64,000 nt of DNA, taken from positions 128,001-192,000 of the forward strand of contig JBHLLT010000001.1 of NCBI GenBank assembly GCA_048938855.1. Reading direction: 5' to 3'. The position numbers were made by a program, and so were the translations under genes. The DNA comes from Promethearchaeota archaeon. Lineage in GTDB: Archaea > Asgardarchaeota > Lokiarchaeia > Sigyniarchaeales > SOKP01. This document shows positions 60,301 to 64,000 of the stretch, piece after piece. The notes beneath the pieces are model-generated. The model did no database searches, had not been told where the DNA came from, and saw only the letters and a program-made list of their open reading frames with translations. Position 1 is the first letter of the stretch. Every line of letters starts with the position of its first letter.

Positions 60301-62354
60301 AAAGTGTTTATGTGAAGGATGCTGTTAATTTTACTTTTGTCTATACTGATGCACTCAGAGGAAACAAAATTAGCAACTTAAAGACTCAATATTATGCCTG
60401 GGAACGTTATGATAGTGAAGGGAATGTAATTGAAAGTGGTAATGGAAATATAATTACTGCTATAGGTAATACTTACATCTTGGATTTCAACACTGAATCC
60501 AGAGCTTTAGGTGAATATTTCTTGATTATGGCTTTAGAAAAAGATAATTATGACCGTAAGAATGCGATGATTATTCTAACCATTAAAAAGAGAGAAATAA
60601 ATCAACCTATTTTAAGTGATAACTTTCAAAATAGGAAAACGAATGTAGTAAAAGGTACACCGGTTCCAATACAAATCATTCTAACTGATCCTACTAAATA
60701 TGATAGTAGATTGCGTAATGCTACAATAACTTTAACAATAAGGGGAAATCTATATAATTTTACGGAAATTGGAAACGGAACCTATATTTTGGATTTTCCA
60801 ACATATAATATAAATGCTTTTTTCACATCAAATACACTCACGGGGACTATAAATATTACAAAAGAAGATTATATTTCTCAAGAATTTGATATTATCATTG
60901 TTGTGGAGATGGAACAAATCTTTCCTGGTGTTCCTACATTTTATTTCTTACTGATTTTATCTGCAGCTCTTGCCTTAGTTGGGAGTATTGTAGGATATAG
61001 AGTTGTCCATAACGCTAGAATACCCGCATTCGTAAGAAAAGTAAGGGAGATTGAAAAAAGCATTAAAAAAGGCAAAAAAATTGATGAATCTTTATTGTAC
61101 CGCAGTAAAGATGCTTTTATTGTAGAGAGAGTAAATTACAAATGGAAAAATCTTGATTTGTCGTTGGCAGAAATATTAAATCTCAAGATAGAGAAAATTA
61201 AGAAGAGTGAACAATTACAAAAGAGATCTAGTGATATTGCAAAAGTTCATGAATTAAAGCCAGTTGGATTAGTGTTGATGAAATGGAATGAAAGAATAGG
61301 AACAGAAATTTTAGCAAAATATCCGGAAGAAACCATAATTTCAGAAAAAACTTGTATGCAAATATATAGTACACATGAATATAGTGGAGAAAAAGGAACA
61401 ATAACATTGACAGTTGGTTCTCTGAATATTATTTCGTATTACACAGGACCTGAACAAGGTTATTATCTTCTTTTAATTTTAGAGTTAGAGGATGATTCGG
61501 ATCTTTATGAAGGAGGAATGGCTGATGTTTTACGAAACATCTTAGAAAATGTTGAAGATGATTCATATAAAACGCTTATACCATCTTACTTTCAGCGTCT
61601 ATCGTTATATCCATCTTTTAGTGATGAGGAAATATTAGCACTTACCTATCAAGATGACGCTAAAAGAATGATTATTGATAATTTAAGAGAAACAGGAGTG
61701 ATAAGTAAATCAGAATTAGATATCTGGTTTAAGGATAAGTACCTGGAAAAGTTTGTTGATGTAGAAGCCACTGTATCCGATTTGCTAAAGAAAGGAATTA
61801 TTAAACAGTTTTCTGTAAAAGGATTACTCTCAGAATTAATTGCTTTAATTTATGATGTTTTTATGTTGAGGGTTCCTCCTTTAGATTTAATCGAAGATCC
61901 TATTAATCGTGGACTTCCAACACAATTTAAAAAAGAATATATAGATTTGGTGAAGAAATTTTTCCGAAGTTATATCCCAACTAATGAGGATAATTTAAAG
62001 ATTGTTAAACTTTTGAGTAATCCTCAAGTTCACTTAACACTAAGGTTATTAAGAAGTACTATTGTCTCAAGACAGGAATTAGAAAAATTGAAAGTAAAAG
62101 GAGTTGCTGATCCATATGGTGTAGTTAAAGCTTTATGGGATAACCAATTGATTGCAGTTTTCCAAGATGAAATGAAGAATGAGTATTATGCACTTCTAAC
62201 TGATTTTTATATAGATTTGATATTTCCAAAATATATTTTACAAATCATTAAGACTTCATATGAACAGAAATCATTGACAGATAAAGTATTGATAGAATAT
62301 CTTGAAACCCTTGAAGACGTTTATTATAATCTAAAATCAGAAGAAAAAAAATAG
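54366..62354 (+). CDS. Giant receptor-like surface protein B (paralogue of A, same architecture)
   Basis: Same three DUF2341+LamG-like cassettes and stalk; TM FYFLLILSAALALVGSIVGY near 60940-61000; tail GLVLMKWNERIGTEILAKYP. Confidence 0.85.
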   Translation: MKSNKFRSINTKKKIEALLFLLFTIIIPMLISTPLFSISPYNDSLNNKDTNDDLKEKLNLNAPLNARYFDHYKSITIDHTQVSGASGLINFPFLISIFDTDLRFDVQSDGDDIAFSSNNVWLDHEIELFDQTYNSTHAKLVVWVRIPVLSVTIDTNLRMYYGNSTMNSRQNPTGVWNSNYVAVWHMNQDPSSSNILDSTSNNYDLTTTGFISDTRIYNGKVGTAISVDGSNDYFYINSINGPINDMAFQTWFKPDNKIDNTTARMDFFQGNTPDVSPEMRFTTSGTVNVYLEVTSDNSEGSYGITDSWAAGSWSQFTYIRDISLSRAYHYINGTLDVTDSSSDNANPHLPWNQFSILAGIGGSNIWGPGAISEFRILRTVLPSGWILTEYNNQYNPNSFYTIGEETSVVWEPPNSQYFSYYKLITIDHNEVSGSGIHNNFPFLFSFVDKDLKYHAQPDGDDIAFAANGDWLDHDILIFNQTYSSTEAQLTVWVQIPNLYSDINTTIAMYYGNSTMSSRENPEGVWDSNYEAVYHFDNDFLDATSHNRDGTNTGSVNVKGKIGNGQDFEHDDSSDNINIGTWSVSGSKITIQAWVKYESFDSIWSGYSDARILSKNSGTSDGSEYHVWMLGTYNQSLTKNGPYFLRGRIKTGVDDAAGTSTVEATSGPLSINTWYLASIRYDGSNINLILDGNNVLTLSKTGPLRENNWPITIGNSPTGDRPIDAIIDEVKISSTTRSNDWLKTEYDNQNDPSTFGSVGGEQIVNDITSNADYFDFYKIITIDHTKVDGTGSHVNFPFLVSIFDKDLHFDVQSDGDDIAFSSDGKWLDHQIESFNQNYNSTHAQLITWVRIPFLSTVEDTEIIMYYGNSTMNSRQNPTGVWLDYKSVWHLNEPSGTGDYIKDSTSNGYDGTPFGTQFSGTSIIDGARYFTGSGDNRILINQGSQFFNGDPTFTFSFWVYPNYATDAEMEATEGRVFYKQSSVRMNRFWRQNWMPAGDARYQSDIQFTTYGTTYNNVGVNRLKWNYITYSYDGTYLKTYVNGSLGPSLNTGGYPLIADTSSFYLGEASNSFKGYLDEFRVLDSYRSDGWVATEYNNQYNPNNFFNIGSEQYSKPIVEVDVSVNALDLYGNLLSNVTISMYQHLDLIEQDITGIDGNVSFTNIIGGAYNFTATIRSNLGDIVEIVNSTSQAIMLDQPFQTVDLICDVSSHFFEVIDVDLNPVESGWIIVGNATQQLQKSIIDPMGHTTFWWVNASPSTYNYTIYYKNPNYNPPIIELASGDITTVNATIQVQVELTTIELIVQTINAPITPVSGAKLKLTLNNPLGPSIVNLTTNIYGKANLRWLTSLEIGGDYSLQIEFFGSNKLFNQTVGGPADVNNISFTVTNQDNLELRILIDLSKFQTELISLNPTDYIEVEWGTLLKLRMLFNVSKVEAGYESLLGPVYADSMRITLLLGGSTVISGAFSKEQNNEGRHFIEIDTTQLDSALRYIIIISAYKSGYTIPSDRILQLNILENEVELNQSNNDDSDTQTYWLESVNMTLNSYGSNSETLTVENLIFQSIDHEFDFLISDIETHWNLSKIVLNLYNISWNVGVSEINITIEDPFGTIYFFNSTTHLGWDYAQGTWTGIILNLNRASLTNDNNFEFLISGTFDNTIDIVADAYFIRDKINVQYSKFNISNQISLLTEGEGWVISNITFEIFDCYDSSDWSVVDLSSLTDLNITTNEGFTYSLDYGYPDGTGLLSIVDSIIYPIGNQFLFTVEAGPNIIFNAIIKVEYIQGFYRHQYLETFNCTKTERGITNGGLFQISAFGSSWSEHEAILWIKSIKSGPTYYFPSEIAMNITIGGQKFSISDYASGIGTLSLSGFSKEQLLHAVIETSLTVDFTLLLSIQYSRLASYEIYGSLIYTIVEAPSVYGSVQYDPDLGYYLKVIDTSLLDADEYTVRFTVNKPHYKMTTKDLNLIVLNRPTLLNQTSDFFRKIESVYVKDAVNFTFVYTDALRGNKISNLKTQYYAWERYDSEGNVIESGNGNIITAIGNTYILDFNTESRALGEYFLIMALEKDNYDRKNAMIILTIKKREINQPILSDNFQNRKTNVVKGTPVPIQIILTDPTKYDSRLRNATITLTIRGNLYNFTEIGNGTYILDFPTYNINAFFTSNTLTGTINITKEDYISQEFDIIIVVEMEQIFPGVPTFYFLLILSAALALVGSIVGYRVVHNARIPAFVRKVREIEKSIKKGKKIDESLLYRSKDAFIVERVNYKWKNLDLSLAEILNLKIEKIKKSEQLQKRSSDIAKVHELKPVGLVLMKWNERIGTEILAKYPEETIISEKTCMQIYSTHEYSGEKGTITLTVGSLNIISYYTGPEQGYYLLLILELEDDSDLYEGGMADVLRNILENVEDDSYKTLIPSYFQRLSLYPSFSDEEILALTYQDDAKRMIIDNLRETGVISKSELDIWFKDKYLEKFVDVEATVSDLLKKGIIKQFSVKGLLSELIALIYDVFMLRVPPLDLIEDPINRGLPTQFKKEYIDLVKKFFRSYIPTNEDNLKIVKLLSNPQVHLTLRLLRSTIVSRQELEKLKVKGVADPYGVVKALWDNQLIAVFQDEMKNEYYALLTDFYIDLIFPKYILQIIKTSYEQKSLTDKVLIEYLETLEDVYYNLKSEEKK
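57826..61072 (+). repeat. Copy 2 of the ~3.2 kb near-identical direct repeat
   Basis: Collinear with 49670..52915, mostly single-base differences plus one codon indel (DLSLT vs DLSSLT). Confidence 0.9.
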
Positions 62355-62364
62355 GAAATATCAA

Positions 62365-62374
62365 TTTTTTTTTT
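62365..62374 (+). terminator. Archaeal poly-T terminator (putative)
   Basis: T10 tract 10 nt after the stop of gene B. Confidence 0.45.
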
Positions 62375-62805
62375 ATTTTATTTCCAAATAAGAAACAATC
62401 TTACATATTTATTTAAAATTTTTATCTAAATAATTCTTAAAAGAAATTATCTTAAATTCCACAAGAATAATGAAATTATTCTTATTAACCCATAAAATGA
62501 TAATAGCGCTACTTTATTTCATATTTTATTAGGATTAATATTATTAAAAATTTAGTTTAATGGCAAAAAAAAATAAATAACTAGATTTACATTAATTGAA
62601 CAATATATATCTGTAAATTTTTTTAGTGATATTAAGAATATTTTTAATAAAAAAATATAAAAGTCTAAATAAAAGGAAATTTGGTATTAGTTATTTAATC
62701 AAAAATAAAATAAAAGCCAATTAATAATTAGTATTAAACATAATATTGTAATTGAATATATATTAGTTGTAATGTGAATTTTTAATAAATATTGCATACC
62801 TCATC

Positions 62806-62810
62806 GGTGA
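62806..62810 (+). promoter_or_regulatory. Shine-Dalgarno-like GGTGA upstream of a putative ATT start
   Basis: GGTGA-aataac-ATT CTA AGG; 6-nt spacer. Confidence 0.5.
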
Positions 62811-62816
62811 AATAAC

Positions 62817-64000
62817 ATTCTAAGGCAAATTTTAATATATAAAGGTACTGAGCTCTTATATTATAGACATTTTGGTAAAGCTCTTAAACAAGAAGTCTTA
62901 AATTATCTCGTTTCAGAGATTATAAAAGATGAAGATACAAGAAAGGAGGACAGAGTTGAATCTTACGATTATTATAAATTCAAGGTTTCTTACATAACAA
63001 AAAAAGATTTAGGTATAATAATATTATTCCTTTCGGGTTTAACAGATAAATTTGAAAATATAAAAAAGGAATTATTAAGATGCAGAACTGATTTTATTAA
63101 TTTATTTGAAGAAATCTTAAATGAAAGATATGACAAAAAAACTTTTGAGGTTTTTGATCCAGTTGTTGATTCAATCCATAAAAATCTTCGACCAAAAATC
63201 TCACTAGTTGGATTTTCTGGAGTTGGCAAAACAACTATAACAAAATTAATAAGAGCAGAAGAGATCCCCGTACAACATATTCCTACAATTACAGGTGATA
63301 TTGCAACCGTTAAAATAGGAAAGTTGCATTTTCATTTATGGGATTTTGCTGGACAAGAACAATTCAGTTATCTCTGGAATAACTTTATTAAAGGTAGTGA
63401 TGCGGTTATTTTAGTTACAGATTCTACTTTAGAAAATGTTGATAAGAGTAAGTTCTTCTTAGAATTAATTAAAGAGCAAGCACCTTATGCTCACACAGCA
63501 ATAATTGGGAATAAACAAGATTTAAAAGAAGCTTTATCGCCCGTTCAAATTGAGAACTTTTTGGGTTTAAAAGCCTATTCAATGATTGCAAATGATCCTA
63601 ATAATCGAGATAAGATGATTAAAATTATCGCGGATATATTAGAAATGAGTGCTGAAGTTTCACCCTTATTAAAGCCTTTATTAGAAAGAGATAAATTGAT
63701 AGAAGAAGCTAGTACTGCTTTAAAATTAGCTGATTTTGATAAAGCAGCTCTATTATTTGATAAAATAAGCTACTTATGTATTGAATTAGGTGATGATTCT
63801 CTTGGAAAAGAATTTTTTGAGAAGTCACAGAAAATTATAGAGATGTTGGAAAAAACAGAACCATCTCAACTAAGTCAACAAGGTTTAGGTATTTCTGAAG
63901 AAGTTGAACCGATAAAAAAAGAACAAAAAGTAAAACCACAAATCTCAATTAAAGCAGTAGAGGTTCCTCAACCATCATTATCTGGAAGATCTCAATCGGA
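62817..64000 (+). CDS. Longin-like + Arf-like small GTPase + TPR-like helical protein (runs off the right edge)
   Basis: Not in the ORF track; translated by hand: ILRQILIYKG..HFGKAL..KISLVGFSGVGKTT..HIPTITGD..WDFAGQEQFSYLWNNFIKGSDA..GNKQDL. It is a paralogue of the N-terminal half of 43819..45876. Confidence 0.88.
   Translation, partial: MLRQILIYKGTELLYYRHFGKALKQEVLNYLVSEIIKDEDTRKEDRVESYDYYKFKVSYITKKDLGIIILFLSGLTDKFENIKKELLRCRTDFINLFEEILNERYDKKTFEVFDPVVDSIHKNLRPKISLVGFSGVGKTTITKLIRAEEIPVQHIPTITGDIATVKIGKLHFHLWDFAGQEQFSYLWNNFIKGSDAVILVTDSTLENVDKSKFFLELIKEQAPYAHTAIIGNKQDLKEALSPVQIENFLGLKAYSMIANDPNNRDKMIKIIADILEMSAEVSPLLKPLLERDKLIEEASTALKLADFDKAALLFDKISYLCIELGDDSLGKEFFEKSQKIIEMLEKTEPSQLSQQGLGISEEVEPIKKEQKVKPQISIKAVEVPQPSLSGRSQS

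Noticed and set aside
46182-62354. Diversity-generating retroelement as the source of head variability
   Set aside because: No reverse transcriptase is present, and no short TR/VR pair differing only at adenines was seen. The repeat is multi-kb with mixed substitutions.
62355-62800. ncRNA, CRISPR or IS in the longer intergenic gaps (also 27254-27558, 33181-33540, 45877-46181)
   Set aside because: These gaps are extremely AT-rich, with no GC-rich stems, spaced repeats, terminal inverted repeats or transposase visible by eye.
62775-62816. Selenocysteine or stop read-through at TGA 62808 to extend the last GTPase
   Set aside because: The upstream in-frame stretch hits another TGA at 62775 without any ATG/GTG/TTG.
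1665-63229. Short (60-145 aa) ORFs in the track, e.g. 14782..15216, 18036..18440, 56264..56623, 62990..63229
   Set aside because: They lie antisense to, or out of frame within, well-supported genes and show no recognisable motifs; treated as shadow ORFs.

Overview
This AT-rich window most likely comes from an Asgard archaeon (Lokiarchaeia-like). That is inferred from the archaeal/eukaryotic-type IleRS, roadblock and longin-like proteins, Arf- and Rab-like GTPases and a UEV-RING protein. About 1-41.4 kb is a large surface-glycan locus. It holds GT4, GT2 and GT-C glycosyltransferases, a flippase, nucleotide-sugar epimerases, a PAPS module (sat, cysC, sulfotransferase) and four AlkP-superfamily enzymes with Thr at the nucleophile position. 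It also holds a heptose operon (hddA, gmhA, gmhB, degenerate hldE) that carries its own transketolase, transaldolase and rpe. The locus is interrupted by ileS and a protein with four E2-like (UEV/RWD) repeats plus a RING (FANCL-like layout). About 42.3-64 kb is the most striking part. Two tandem membrane-anchored proteins of about 2,670 aa each have three DUF2341+LamG-type head cassettes, a near-identical stalk, a TM helix and a cytoplasmic longin/uDENN-like plus winged-helix tail. They are flanked by a roadblock protein, a longin-Arf-roadblock-Rab double-GTPase fusion and a second longin-Arf GTPase that appears to start at ATT. I propose this is a candidate receptor-to-small-GTPase signalling module. 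All domain calls are motif recognition by eye; no searches were run. No rRNA, tRNA, CRISPR array or mobile element was recognised.
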